Positions 25,576 through 38,519 of a stretch of 64,000 nucleotides of DNA are shown here, one piece after another. Origin of the DNA: Carcharhinus amblyrhynchos (taxonomy: Eukaryota); the NCBI GenBank assembly GCA_965287045.1, contig OZ336880.1, positions 6,572,001 to 6,636,000 of the forward strand, read 5' to 3'. The stretch's first letter is position 1. Each line of letters begins with the position of its first letter. A model generated the notes under the pieces. It ran no database searches. It worked only from the letters and a program-made list of their open reading frames with translations, and was not told the origin of the DNA. The translations under genes and the position numbers were made by a program.

Positions 25576-27384
25576 TTTTACTTCCCATCCATGTTTTGCC
25601 AACATGAAGGCCGACCACTTTCAAAATGAGGGAATTTGATCTCTACAGGAAATTGTGGATAAGAGTTTAAAATCCAATTCCTGACAGAATTGTTTCAACA
25701 AATTGGGATGATGTGGCATCCATCACATTTAAGTATCAAAGATTTTATGAAAACAACTGAGTACCAGCAATCACAAATGAACTACTGCATTCTGCACAGA
25801 AAGTCTTTGGTAGAGGTTGAGGCAGATATGCTAACCAACAGCAGAGATATTTAGTTTGTTTTGATACACATGAAATATTGCATGGATTAATTTGGGAAGG
25901 CTAACCTAACAATCTGGGGAACATTCTCAGTGCTCAGTTTAGATGCTCAGCTTAAAGTTCCAGCATGTGGCTTATTTACCTTGTATGTTCATGCTGGTTT
26001 CCACTTGCACTCAGACACATGTAGAAGTCACACAGAAATAAATGACTCTGCCCACATCAACATGCTTGCTCCATGTCAGTAAACGTAAAGATTCCCCAAT
26101 CACATTTACCTGCCTTGTTCCTCTGTCCCTTTTTTTAATCCACCTATCATATCTCAATTTGAATGTTGGCATAATTGTTGCGTCTAACACTAATTAAGCC
26201 AACAGCAACACAAGTCTTTATTTGAAGATCTTCCTCCTCCCCTCTGTTCTAAATTTCTTCTTTAATCTTATATTCATGACAGTTCAATTCTTGGTCCCTC
26301 AAATCAGTGGGAACAGCATGCTTCTATCCATTCAGTGACATCACATCACCCCATTACTGTATTTGCAATTTTCTAACACCAAGCCCCAACTTTACCAGAC
26401 CTTTTTCCCTACATTTCCTAATGATAAAGAGCATACCAGTGAATACCAGTTAAAGCCAAAAATTTCAGTTCACTGAAAATCACGTATTCTATAGTACTTA
26501 CCTAGTGCTCATCGCCAAATAATCACTAACTCCTGAATCTCACCATATTCCCACTTTAGAATAAAGATTTCTAACTGAGTTATCAGCTCACTCGATGGTG
26601 TGCTCTCCACCATTACCAAACAATATAAAACAGCATTGCTGTATAGCTTACATGCTTATCGTGCAAATAATATCCTAGCCTGGTATTTCTCTGGAGGATT
26701 GTTACCCAACAGCAGAACTGTAATTTCTTAAGAAACACAACCACCCACACAGACCCGATACATTAACAGATGTTCTCTCTGTGTGTGCTAACCAGTGTCT
26801 GGGGATTTTGTCAACAAGCAGTCAATAAGGAGGTATAAAGGAAGTTCAGCTGAGGGAATTCAAATGATGTAAAACATGGTTCCTGGATTTACACACAGCA
26901 TTTTAGTAAAGAACATGTATAACATTACCTATCTGAAATAGGAATTTGAGACATGAGCACAGTACATGGCTTCTTTGGAACTGACCAAGATAGGTCACAG
27001 TCCTATAATAAGGAAGTCATTTCAAAATTATAAATGGGATAGGTAAAACCTGTTTCAACTTAAGGGAGGGCTCAAAGTTAGGAGAACTGATTTTAAAATG
27101 GGTATATCTGGCAGAACTATTTTCCAGAGTGTTACACACATGTAATACATTGTAAAGACCAATTTAACAAACAGACATTTGATGAGCTTTGGGAAAAGGG
27201 AACAAGGATTGGGGAAAAATTTTGACATGAGCCAAAAATAAACATATTTGTTTGGTGAAACTTCTTTTGGTGTGAAGCGATGTTTTTCATTATTCAAGAG
27301 TTCATTGACCAGCATCCAACAATGATAACCCACCACTTAAAGGAAACAAACTGATCTTTCCTTTAAAACTTTAAAGTCATCTGA

Positions 27385-28150
27385 ACAACTTGTATTTACA
27401 TAGCACCTTCTCTCGAAGTGCATTGGAGGAGGGCAATCAAACAAAAATTGCTAAAGAACCAAGAAAGGAGATATTAGGATGGGTGACTGAAAGATTGGTT
27501 GAACAGGTAGGTTTTGAATGTCCTGGAGGAGCAGAGAAGACGTTTACGGAAGGAACTGTAGAGTTTAGGGCCTCGATAGTTGAGGCAAGGCCAACAATGG
27601 TGAAGCCAAGGATATCAGGGGTACATAAGTGGAATTTTGGTGTTGGGGGAGGGGTGATGTCAAAACCATAGAGGATCTGAACATGCCACTTAAAATCAAG
27701 ATGTTGATGGACCAGGAAACAATGCCAGCCAGGGGGCACAGAGGTCATCGATGAATTGAACTTAGCATGAGCTAATATATAAATAGCAGAAATTTGAATA
27801 AATTTATGGAGGATGGAAGATGTGCTACAGGTCAAACAGGTGAGCAATGGAATTGTTGAGTCTAATGGCAATAAAAGCATGGATGAGAGTTTCAGCCGCA
27901 GGTAAGTTTGTGGTAAGGACAGAAATGGATAACTTTATAAAGAAGCGGACATTAGCAAACTTTGTGATGCAGGCAGAAGTCACAAGTTCAGTTCAGGGTC
28001 AAATACAACACCAAGGCTGCAACAGTCTGGTTCAATTAGAGACAGTGACTAGGGACAAGAGTTTATGGCAGGGGCCAGAGACAATGATTTTAGTTTTCTC
28101 AATATTTAACTTTTGGACATGTTGGCTCATCTTGGTCTTGATATTTTCTC
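27385..28150 (-). mobile_element. L2-type LINE 3' fragment
   Basis: acaacttgtatttacatagcacctt is the antisense L2 tail. Confidence 0.7.
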
Positions 28151-28405
28151 ATTTGACAGGAATTTAATTTGACACATGAGAAAACAAATCTAGCAAGTAT
28201 TTACTCTCAAGACCAGGGGTATGACAATTTTTCCAAGGAACAAGCTCACTGTTTCTTTCATTTTGGTGAATTAAGAAAATATATGTAAAATTAATAAATA
28301 TTGATAGTATTTTTTAAACAAATGTAGCATTTTCATGAAATATCTACAATGATACATAGTTTGCAAATCTGGAACACAATCTGAGCGCACTACAGGATAC
28401 TCTAC

Positions 28406-28661
28406 CCATTTCCTGTTGGTGTTTCTCCAGAGTTTGCTCCATCTGCTGTTGACTTTGTTCCCTAATGCACTCCAATTCTATGTGCTGTCGGTTCTGCAGC
28501 ACTGCCACCTCCTGGCGTCGTTTATCATTCAGCACCTCCTGCAGCTCAGCCAGAGACGACTCCTTCTCACGCTGTAGGTTAGACTGCATAAGTTCAAGTT
28601 GAGCCCTGTGCATATTGTTCAGGCTCAGGCGTAGGGATTCTAACTCCAGTTGGTGGTCCTT
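28406..28661 (-). CDS. PCNT: PCNT exon (256 bp, 0-1): KDHQLELESLRLSLNNMH...HQQEM
   Basis: Acceptor gactacag, donor G|gtagag; strong PCNT signature. Confidence 0.92.
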
Positions 28662-28799
28662 CTGTAGTCAAACCATAAATTGAGTGTCAGATTATGAGTT
28701 TAAGGTTCTGAAGAATGTTCTACTTGAAACTGCAATAACTAAGTTTTAAGTAGAATGTCTCCAATGTAAATAACAGAAGATCTGAACTCAAAAATGGTG

Positions 28800-28975
28800 A
28801 GGCAAGAGCGACTGTCTTTGCCATCAAGGCAGCATTTGACCAAATGCCACATCAAGGAGCCTGAGCAAAATTCGAGTCAACAGCAATGAGGGGAATACTT
28901 TCCACTGGTTGCAATCATACCTAGCATAAAGGAAGATGGTGATGGTTGGAAGAGGCCAATTATCTCAGGCTTGGA
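28800..28975 (+). mobile_element. RT fragment of second LINE family
   Basis: atcaaggcagcatttgaccaa encodes IKAAFDQ. Confidence 0.7.
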
Positions 28976-29029
28976 TCATCTTCCTTTCACTACTATAGGC
29001 CTATATATTTTCAGTTTTCTTTGAATTTA

Positions 29030-29920
29030 TTCTTTAATGGGATGTGGATGTCACCAGCTAAGCCAGCATTCACTGCCCAACACTAATGTCCCTTGAGAAG
29101 GTGGTGGAAAATCACTTGAACCACTGCAGACCACGGACAGCTGTTAGGCAGGGAGTCCCAGGAACAACGAAAGAATGTCAATATTGTCCCAGTTCAGGAT
29201 GGTGTGTGGCTTAGACGAGATCTTGCAAATGACAGTATCCCTATGTATCTGTTGTGGTATGTGGAAGAGGTTGTGGGGTTTAGAGGTACAGGCGAAAAAG
29301 CCTTGGTGAGCTGCTGCAGTGCATCTAGAAGGTACACACTGCTGCCGGTAATGTTGAAAGTGATGGATGGGGTGCCAGCCTATCCCGGATGAGTTTCTTG
29401 AGTGTTGTTACAGCTGCACCCATCCAGGGAAGCGGAGAGCATTCCATCACATTCCTGATTTGTGCCTTGTCGATGGCTTTGGGGAGTAGGATTCTTAGCT
29501 TCTGATCTGCTCGTGTAGCCACAGTATTTGTGTTGATGGTCCAGTTCAGTTTCTGGTCAATGGTAACCCCCAGGATTTTGATAATGGGGGCATCATTGAT
29601 GGTAATTGAATGTCATGGGTGATGGTGAGATTCTCTTGCTGGAGATGGTCATTATTTGGCACTTGTGTGAAACAAATGTTACCTACCACCAAGCTTGAAC
29701 TTTGTACAGGTCTTGCAGCATACCTCCCGACTTCTGACCTGATGATGGATGGAGGGAAGGTTAATGATGAAGCAGCAGCTGAAGATGGTTGGGCCTAGGA
29801 TATTACACTGAGGGACTCCTGCAATGGTGTTCTGGGACTGAGATGATACGATTGACCACCAATAACTAACACCATCTTCCTTTGTGCTCGGTATGACTTC
29901 AACCAGTGAAAAGCTTTCAC
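29030..29920 (-). mobile_element. 3' part of second LINE family
   Basis: AGVPQCNILGPTIFSC in ORF 29679..30305; tail gggatgtggatgtcaccagctaagccagcatt. Confidence 0.8.
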
Positions 29921-30014
29921 TACTACTTCTCACGGAACGAGCACACAAGCTGAAAGCCAGATAAAAAATATGCATAATGTCAGTAATCAGCTGACATTCA
30001 CAGCAATATCTAAC

Positions 30015-30191
30015 CTGCATTTGAAGCCGAATTTGATATATCTCTGCTTCATGTGCTGATTCCATCTGTGTCTGGATATCATTAAACAGATCCTGCTGTT
30101 CCTGTGTCAATTCTACTCGCTGTTGCTCTACTTCCTCTTTATGTTTCGTAATCAGTGTACATATCTCTCTATCGTGCTCCCTTTCATGAAC
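30015..30191 (-). CDS. PCNT: PCNT exon (177 bp, 0-0): VHEREHDREI...IRLQMQ
   Basis: Acceptor ctcacttacag, donor CAG|gttaga. Confidence 0.9.
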
Positions 30192-30284
30192 CTGTAAGTG
30201 AGGTTGACAAATGTCCATAAATAATAAAAACTCTTCCAATGTGATATTCTGCTGCAAAAAATATTTGTAGATGCAGTCGAGCTT

Positions 30285-30470
30285 TCCCAGTGTCCAGGCC
30301 AACATTTGTTAACCCCCATGAGAACAAATTAAATTGGGTCATTCATCTCATTACTGTTGGTTGAACATCAGTCTGTATCAATTGCCTACCATATTTACCC
30401 ACAAAGCAAAAATGATCATACTTCAAATGTAATTAACTGGTTGTCACAGTCGTGGAATATACTGAGGACA
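30285..30470 (+). mobile_element. Decayed Deu-domain SINE fragment
   Basis: ccagtgtccaggccaacattt...ggtcattcatctcattactgtt...acttcaaatgtaatt. Confidence 0.55.
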
Positions 30471-30498
30471 AAATGTTCTGCATCCAATTGCTAGATCT

Positions 30499-30673
30499 TT
30501 GGTAGTGACTTTTAAGGGGGCGCCTTGACAAATACATGAATAGGATGGGAATAGAGGGACATGGTCCTTGGAAGAGTAGGGGCTTTTAGTTAAGTTGGGT
30601 TGCATGGTCAGTGCAGGCTTGGGGGGCCAAAGGGCCTGTTCCTGTGCTGTAATTTTCTTTGTTTGTTCTTTGT
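30499..30673 (+). mobile_element. Short young CR1 3' end with apparent 7-bp target-site duplication
   Basis: gggccaaagggcctgttcctgtgctgtaa plus (ttctttg)n tail; tagatct at 30492-30498 and 30674-30680. Confidence 0.75.
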
Positions 30674-31419
30674 TAGATCTCAGCTCTATATAGAACGAAT
30701 ATTGTTGTGCATCTTTCTTTGAATACAAAGTAATCAATTTCAACTATCTTCAGTGGCGCTTGAGAGCTGTTGCCCTTAAGCCACATTTCAAAGCCAATTG
30801 AGCAATTGAATATTATCCTCAATGGCCTTCAAATCCTCTATGCTGCTAAAGGATAAATGCTTTCCCTTATGCATATATTTTTATTTGCCCTCATTGTTGA
30901 GCTATGGTTTCAAGCAACAACATAACAGAGTAAGATTTCCCTCAATTGAGAAAGTACCCTGTGGTATTCACAAGTAATGAAGTATATTCACCATAAAGTC
31001 TTCTTCTGAATTACATAATAAAATTACATCAGAACTGCTGTACTGGGTGGAGGCGGCAACATGTGCATTTTAAATAGGTTTCAAATATTCATATTTATCT
31101 TTCGAATTGGACAGTCAGGATTTTTCAATTTACTTGGAGCGTAAAGTGGCTACACTTCCATTTTGCTCTTTTGGTTATTTTTAGTTTCCATAGCAATGAT
31201 TTAACAATTGGAGTTCCTTCTTATGGCCTGCTGAGTTTTCAATTATGCAATAAGTCCTCTCCAAGAACACCACGGAAGAGTATGGATTAGAACATTTTTT
31301 CTATCTCACAGTGGATCTCTATCTTGCATCAATAGACCGATGTTCATGCAAAATGATCAAGGAGGCTCACTCCCAATTAAGTTTTTCCAAACTTTCAACT
31401 TAATTTTTAAAGGCTTAAG

Positions 31420-31620
31420 TAAAAGTAAAATGCTGCAGATGCTGGAATCTGAAGCAAAAACAGAGAATGTTGTAAAACTCAGCAGATCTGGCAGCATCTG
31501 TAGGAAGAGAAAACAGAATTAACACTTCAAGTTTGTATGACTTTTTCAGAGCTGAAGAAAGGGTGAAGTGTGTTGGAATTTCATACTATATAAGAGGGGC
31601 TGGAACAGTGTTAATCAATA
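31420..31620 (-). mobile_element. Penelope-like terminal repeat remnant, second family
   Basis: gctgcagatgctggaatctgaagcaaaaacagagaatg...actcagcagatctggcagcatctg; related copies at about 1010-1105, 7170-7260, 8035-8130 and 56200-56290. Confidence 0.6.
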
Positions 31621-32014
31621 ATTAGTGGGAGTTAGGAGAGATTGCAACAATTATGTAGCAAAGCTTAAGAAAAAGCGATAGATGGCAGGGGAGGGGAAGG
31701 TTTGCATTGGAATAAAAGACGTTTGTGATATATATAAAAAATGTTCAGATAGAGGAGAAGTCTTAAACACTTAGCTTCAGCATCTAACACTGTAAATGTT
31801 AACATTTTTGAATGTTGATCAAAGTGAGATGGTGCTAGTTAGAAGAAAGCTCCGCTTAAATATAGTTGCTCAGCTTCCTTTTTTGACCATAAAATAACTT
31901 GAGAGTCCACATCAAAACTATAAAATAAGAAAAGTTAAATTGGATACGCTTTCGATGTCTGAGGCTATGATGTATTAATATCACCAATCATGAGCTGACT
32001 GCAAGAGTACTTGC

Positions 32015-32107
32015 CCGTTTAATTAATCCAATTTGTTTTCTCCTTTCATCATCCTGTTTCTGTTGCAAGTCAAACGCTTTCTTCATTTCTACATTCAACT
32101 CATCTAA
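32015..32107 (-). CDS. PCNT: PCNT exon (93 bp, 0-0): LDELNVEMKK...IGLIKR, with GC donor
   Basis: Acceptor ttcttttcag; in-frame donor CGG|gcaagt. Confidence 0.8.
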
Positions 32108-32654
32108 CTGAAAAGAACGCAAATTCACAGTACAACAATTAGGCATGTGTCTAAAGAAAATCATTTTGAATTAGTCAATCAACATTTTAATTATTTCCAC
32201 ACTTCCCTTAATTCCAAAATATTTCTGTTTCCAATATCTTGAAAAGATAAATGTCTGTATTACAACCTTGAGGATTCAATATTAGTACCACCAAAGGTAC
32301 AGTGGAAGAAAGTCATATCTGACACTTCCACTAAATGTCAAGAAAGTGAGGAAATGCATAAAAGACCCGTTTTCATGAGAAAATGACAGGACTTTTCTCT
32401 GGATCCTTAGTCTCTAGAACAAAACAAAGACACTGTCCATGAAACAGAATAATTAGTAGGGAAACATTAAGAAGTCTTCAAGATCCTAGCCTTTCAAATT
32501 CAGTTGATCAAAGATCACCTTAGAAAGTCTGTTTCAGATCAGGATGCAGGTTTATGCGTGGTAGCATAGCAGTTAAATTTCTGAACTAATAACCCAGACA
32601 TCCAAGTACGTGAGATTACCTCCCGCCACAGTGTCTGAGGAATTTGAATCCAGT

Positions 32655-33790
32655 CCCATAAGAATATAAGAGTTGCAGATGGCCATTTGGGCCTGGAAGC
32701 CTCCTCTGCCATTCAACAAGATTGTGGCTGATCTACCACAACCCTACCTTCCCATTGTTCCTTTGTACCCAAAAAATTATCAACCTATGTCTTGAACATA
32801 CTCAATGCTTCCACAACTCTGCAGCATAGGGAATTCAAAAGACTTACTACCCTCAAGTGAAGAAATTTCTCATCTTGGTCCTAAATCATCGACCCGTTTA
32901 TTCCGAGGCTTAGGATCCGATGTTTTTGATTCCTCACTCAGCAGTCAACTTATCAAGACCCTTCAGAATTTTATATTTCAATTACATCACATCTGATTCT
33001 TCTAAACTGCAGGCAATATGTGCTTGGAATACTCAATCTCCCTTCACAGGACAATCTTGTCATCTAAGGAACTAGTCTAGTGAACCTTCACTGTACACTC
33101 CCCCTTGGAAAATTATGTCCTTCCTTAAGTAATGAAACCAAAGTGCCACACTGCTGCCTCACCAATGCCCCATGTAAGTATAGCAAGATTTCTTTACTTA
33201 CATAGAGAATCCATTTATAATAAAAGTTAACATATAATTTGCTTTTCTAATTGTTTGCTGTCCCTGCATGTTAAGAGTCCAATTTCTGTACAGTGACCCA
33301 CTTGGCTCTTTGCATATCTACATTCCCCCCTCCCTCACCATTCAAAAACAAATTTTTATATATTTTTTCCCTACCACAATCGATGAGTGAACAATTCACA
33401 TTGTATTCCATTTGCAACTTCTTGCCTCCCCAATTGATTTGCATTCTTATTGCAGCCTCTACATACTCCTCACCACTTACTTCCCCACCTACTTCTTGTA
33501 TCGGCAGCAAATTTAGATACATTACACATAGTTTCTTAATTTAAATCATTGATAAAGGTTGTCAAAAACATAGGGCCAAGTACTGAGGCCCAACCACTAA
33601 TTACAGCATGTCAACCTGAAAATATCCCATTTATTCCTATTCTGTTTTGCCTATTAACCAATTCTCTATGTTAATATATTAACCTCAATCTCAATTCTAA
33701 TTTTGTCTAATAATCTCTCACGTGGTATCTTATTAAATACTTCTAGAAAATTCAAATACACTACACCCACTTCCTCTACCATATTCAGCT
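32655..33790 (-). mobile_element. Decayed CR1 inserted in a tRNA-SINE (head about 32560-32655, body about 33810-34010)
   Basis: cataagaatataagag tail; RT remnants in ORF 33271..33522 (LQMEYNV). Confidence 0.75.
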
Positions 33791-34759
33791 TACAAGTAAC
33801 ATTCTGATTTGCCAGTTCAATGTTAATTAAATAAATCTGAATAAAAAGCTAGTGTAATTAATGAAGGCAATGAAATTACTGTATTGTTGTAAACACCCAT
33901 CTAGTTCATTAATAATATCCTTTAGGACAGGAAATCTGCCACTTTTATCTACATGTGACTCCAACAATGTGTTTGACTAACAGCCTCTGAAATAACCTAG
34001 CAAGCCAATTGTATCAAACTGATATGTAAAAGTCTAATAATAAAACCAACCTGATTTCCTGGCGTTCTTCCAGTCCTATAAACATAGAAGCATGGCAAAT
34101 AGAAACACAGGTAGGCCATTCAGCCCCTCGTGCCTGTTCCACCATTCATTTTGAACATGGTTGATCAACAAGTTCTGTATCCTGATTTCGCCTCTCCCCA
34201 CCCCTAGGGGAGAAGCACTTGACAACAAAAATCACCATCAATCCAGATAATCCCACAAAGTTCTCCTTACTCAAAACTGGACCTCTGCCAAAACTGAGAA
34301 GGTTGGCTCACACACAAATCAAGCCATACTCTGACAGTCATACTCAAAATCTTACCACCCAGGCCCTGCCATCACCCTTCCAAAATGTGGACTAATCTAT
34401 TAGAGTTGGTGTGTTAGTATTAGTTGGGAGGGTGAGTTTTTGGAAGCTCTCAAAATTGATTTTGGTGCTATAAAGTCTCAGGGCATTAGATCAAACATGG
34501 GCAAGGAAAGCCTCCTTCTGATAACCATTTACCATCTTTCTTCAGATGATGAATCAGTATTCTTCCATATTAATTATTTGCAAGCTCTGAGGGTAGCAAG
34601 GGACAGAATGCATGTTTGGCAGGGAACGCCACTGTCCATTACCAAGATTTACTCAACAGATCTAATGGGCAATTCCTGAAGGGACACAGCTGGGACTGGC
34701 TGCTGGCAAAATCCAAAATGAGGAAAAGACCTGGCAAATGGTTACTAGGCCATTTCAGA

Positions 34760-35035
34760 TGGCAGTTAAAAGTCAATCAATTCAATATGGGTTCAGAGTC
34801 ACAAAAGGTCAGACCAGCTTAAGTTGGCAAATTTACTTTCTAGAAGAGTGAAACAGATGGATTTTTACAAAAATCTGTTAATTTCATGATCAGCATTACT
34901 GATGCTGGCTTTTCAATTCCAGATTAATTAATTTAAATTTTCAGCTGCCATGGCGAGATTTGAACTTATGCCTTCAGATCATTTGTCTGGCCTGTGGATG
35001 ACTGATTCAGCAACATTACAACACAACAATGCCAC
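34760..35035 (-). mobile_element. tRNA-derived SINE (1145 family)
   Basis: ggcagttaaaagtcaatc...gctgccatggcgagatttgaac. Confidence 0.65.
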
Positions 35036-35188
35036 CAGATCAGTGCTTCGGTGATATCAGTGTTGGTTTGTACAACAAAGGACTTGGATCAAAATGAGAT
35101 CCTGAATGGGTGATACATCAGTAGACATAGTGGCACATTTCTTGTGGTTGGAGCCAGTACTTAAAAAAATTGGCTTGAACCATAGGAA

Positions 35189-35473
35189 GGCTGCACAGTG
35201 GCAGAGTGCTGTCTCATAGCACCAGGGACCTGGGTTTGATTCCCAGCTTGGGTCAGTGTGTGTAGAGTTTGCACATTCTCCCAGTGTCCGCATACATTTC
35301 CTCCCATACTCCAAAGATGTGCGGATTAGGTGGATTGGCCATGCTAAATTGCCCCTTAATGGGAGATAAATAGCTAGAGTAAATGCACGGGAATATGGCC
35401 TAGGTGGGATTGTGGTTGGTGCAGCTTCAATGGGCCGAATGGTTTCCTGCTCTACTGTTAGATTCTATGATTC
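35189..35473 (+). mobile_element. HE1-like V-SINE
   Basis: tRNA head cagggacctgggtttgattccc; V-domain gagtttgcacattctccc...ttggccatgctaaattgcccctt; CR1-like tail gattctatgattc. Confidence 0.88.
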
Positions 35474-36070
35474 CAGATCTAGCACATGAACTTGATACTA
35501 GCCAGAATTGTATGGTATCCATTCAAAGCCACTCTTAAATGGTTTCCAGTGGTGCGCTGGTGAAGTGTGTGAATGCTAAAACTTGGTTCTAGGATCAGAG
35601 CTTCTGAGAAGCAGAGTGCTTCTGAGAATTTGCTGCATATTTCAGAATAGAATTCCCAGAATTGGTGGTGAGGTCAAAATTGGTCTCAGGCTCCAAATTC
35701 AGGCAAAAGCCCAATATGTTCAAGGGAAACAAATAATGGTGATTGATGCAGCACTTCCTGGCTTACAGGTCGCAAATTTAACAAAGTGCAAGCAATATTA
35801 GGGTCACATTGAAGAAACTTGGAGCAACAAAAGGAAAAAAACAGGATTAATATAGTCCCAACAACCAACATTCTCCTGTTGAATGGGAGCACAGAATTAA
35901 GTGCATTGTATATTTTGCACATTGAGCATAATTTATATTATACCATCCTACTGCCTATGTTATGCACTATCCTTCCTCATTAGATGTAAAGATCAAACTC
36001 ATGAGAAATTATCAAAATTCGTTTAAGGTCATCAAATACTTGTCATATGTTAGAGCAAAATCTCAAATAC

Positions 36071-38260
36071 CTCCTTCTGATGCTGCATTTTCAAGTTCAT
36101 CACATCAGAACGCCACAATTCTTCCACTTTGCGCTGTTCTTCTTCATAATGGCTGGTCACTTCTATCCGAGCTTGTTGCACAGCACAGCAAAGCTTCTCT
36201 TCCTGTTGCTGAAGGATAGCTTGAACTTTCTCATTGTGACTTTGTTCTAGTTGCTGTTGAGCCTCTCTTAGGTTGCTGACCTCCAGCTTCAGAGCAGAAT
36301 GTTCCTGAAGGTGTTGAGCCTTTTGCTCTTCCATGACTGTCTCTAGTTTCTGCAGTTCAGACTCCTTTCTCTTCAACTCACTGCCCAAAACTAAAATCTC
36401 AGATTGCTTTGTACATTCTAGATCTTGCAGTCTGTTCTTCAAATCTGTATGGTCTTTCCTCAAGCAATTATTTTCAGCTTTGATTTTATCAAGTACTTCT
36501 TCAATCCCAGAAAGATCCTGAGCATTTGACAATAGTTTACTTTCAAGCTCAATCTTCCCTTCAGTTAGTTGATTCACACATTCTTCACTTTCTCTCAACA
36601 GTGACTTAAGTTCTTCAAGTTCTTTGCGCAGAGATGAATCCTGCATGGTTTTCTGCCCAAGGACTTCAGACATCGTTTGATTTTTAGCTTTCTGGGCCTC
36701 AAGCTGATCCTGCAGCTGATCCCGTTGGCTCTGCAGTGCAGCAAGCTGACGACCAAATAAGGCTTGAACTTCACTGGTGACTGAATCTGCGGCCAGCTTT
36801 TGTTCTTGAACACCTTTGACTAACTGTTCTTGTTCTCGCAGTTGTGTCAGCAACAACTGCTTCTCCTCCTTTAAATCCTGCACCATCCCCTTTAACATAT
36901 CTATGTCAATTTCTTTGTCTTTTCTCACTTCTTCCTTTGCAATAACCAGAGTAGAAATCATGCTAATTTGTTCGGGTTGAGTTTCCAGGGAATTTCTTTT
37001 GCTCTCAAGAATCAATCCCTTGATTTTCTCTTCACAATGTAACCGCTCAGTACTTTCTTCTTCCAATTGTAAATGCAGGCTTGATAGCTCCTCTGTGTTG
37101 GCTTTCCACTTCTGGACAGCTTCCTGTGTTTGGCTGGCTGAATTCTTTGCTTCCACGTGCAACTTCAACTCTAACTCTCTTTGCTGCAGCTGCTTTGTTA
37201 GCTCTGCGCACCGCTCACTCAAAATGATCTTTTCTTGATCCATTGCTTCCAAGTTCTCATTGATATCATTTTGATGCACTTCACCAAGCAAGTTTCTTTT
37301 CAGACTTTCCAATTCCTTTCGAAGTACTTCAGTTTTTAGATTGTGCTGTATTTCAAGGTCTTCCTTAAGTTTGGACAATTCTGTTTCATGACTGAACATC
37401 ATTTTGGTTTTAAGTTGTTCAAGCTCTACTTCCTGAGATTCAGCAAGTCGACCAAGCACTTCATCCTTCTCCCTCTCCATCATCTCCAATTTGATACTGT
37501 AGTTTGTGATTTCATGCTCATGCCGGAGTCTCATTTCCTTACTGACTTCCTTCTCTTGGGCTAAGGATGCATTGAGCTCCTGAATTTCATGATTTAAATG
37601 TTCTTTTTCAGATTTGTATAGCTTTATTTGTTCTTCCAGATCTTGAACCAAATGTCTATATTTCTCCTGTTCCTGCTGAGACACTGTCATCTTTTCTACT
37701 TTTTGGTGAAGTTTCTCTTGCTCAAGTCTGGACTCTTGCAGCTTCTTATTGAGATCCATGTTCACTGCATTTAAAACTTGCACTTGTTCACAAGAATGGT
37801 TTTGACCCTGATTTTGCAAACAGTCAACTGCAACATTTAAATTAATTTCCTTTGTTTGCTCACCCAGCTGCTGCATTGTTTGGACAGGCCCCTGACTGTG
37901 ACTTGCCCCTAGATCAACCCCCAGCTGTTCCACATACAATGGAGTATCCTTTTGACTAAATTGTTCCTGCACGTCCTCTGCACCATCCTTTTGTTCTTCA
38001 ATTTCTTCTAGAGCCTGCTGATCCCTTTGTTCTATGGTGCATTCAATGTTACCATTTAATTCAGCAATTTCTTGGCTCCTGAGAGACAGCGAGTGCTGTA
38101 GCTGTGCCATGGTAGTGCTTTTATGGTCTAATAGTTCTTTTAATTCTTTAATGGTTTCATCCTTTTCTTCTATCCACTGATTTAATTGTAGCATGGTATT
38201 TTCCGTAATCTTCTGTTGTTCAACTATCTGAGTAAGACAGCTTTCCTTATCTTTTGCATT
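36071..38260 (-). CDS. PCNT: PCNT giant exon (2190 bp, 730 aa, 0-0): NAKDKESC...MQHQKE
   Basis: ORF 36050..38266; acceptor at T-tract ...ttttgaag, donor GAG|gtattt; E/Q/K/L-rich heptads. Confidence 0.92.
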
Positions 38261-38519
38261 CTTCAAAAAAAAAGAAAAATTCTTGGAGAACTATGTAGAT
38301 TGAAAATTGAAAACGCAATGTGTCTAATTTGTGCGCATTTTATAAACATATCCTGTGAACGCTGCTTTGCAAAATCCAACTCTGCTGTTCAAAAAAGGGA
38401 GCAAGAAAAATGGGAAGCTACAGGTGATTTAGCTTGGTATCAGGGAAAGTGCCAGAATCTCATATTGGGAAGTCTCAACAATTCACTTTAAAAAAATCAT
38501 AGTCTCATCAGACAGACAC

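Noticed and set aside
29679-30305. 208-aa ORF fusing coiled-coil and RT sequence
   Set aside because: Chance read-through from the 177-bp exon into a decayed LINE; a good donor lies at 30014.
36333-37564. Plus-strand ORFs opposite exons (also 5204, 5772, 21421, 24928)
   Set aside because: Antisense shadows of E/K/Q-rich coding sequence, giving S/F/C/L-rich peptides with no independent gene signals.
36050-38266. Standalone 738-aa SMC/myosin-like gene
   Set aside because: The 'start' is a TTG inside a polypyrimidine tract, and the ORF is bounded by splice sites in phase with neighbouring exons.
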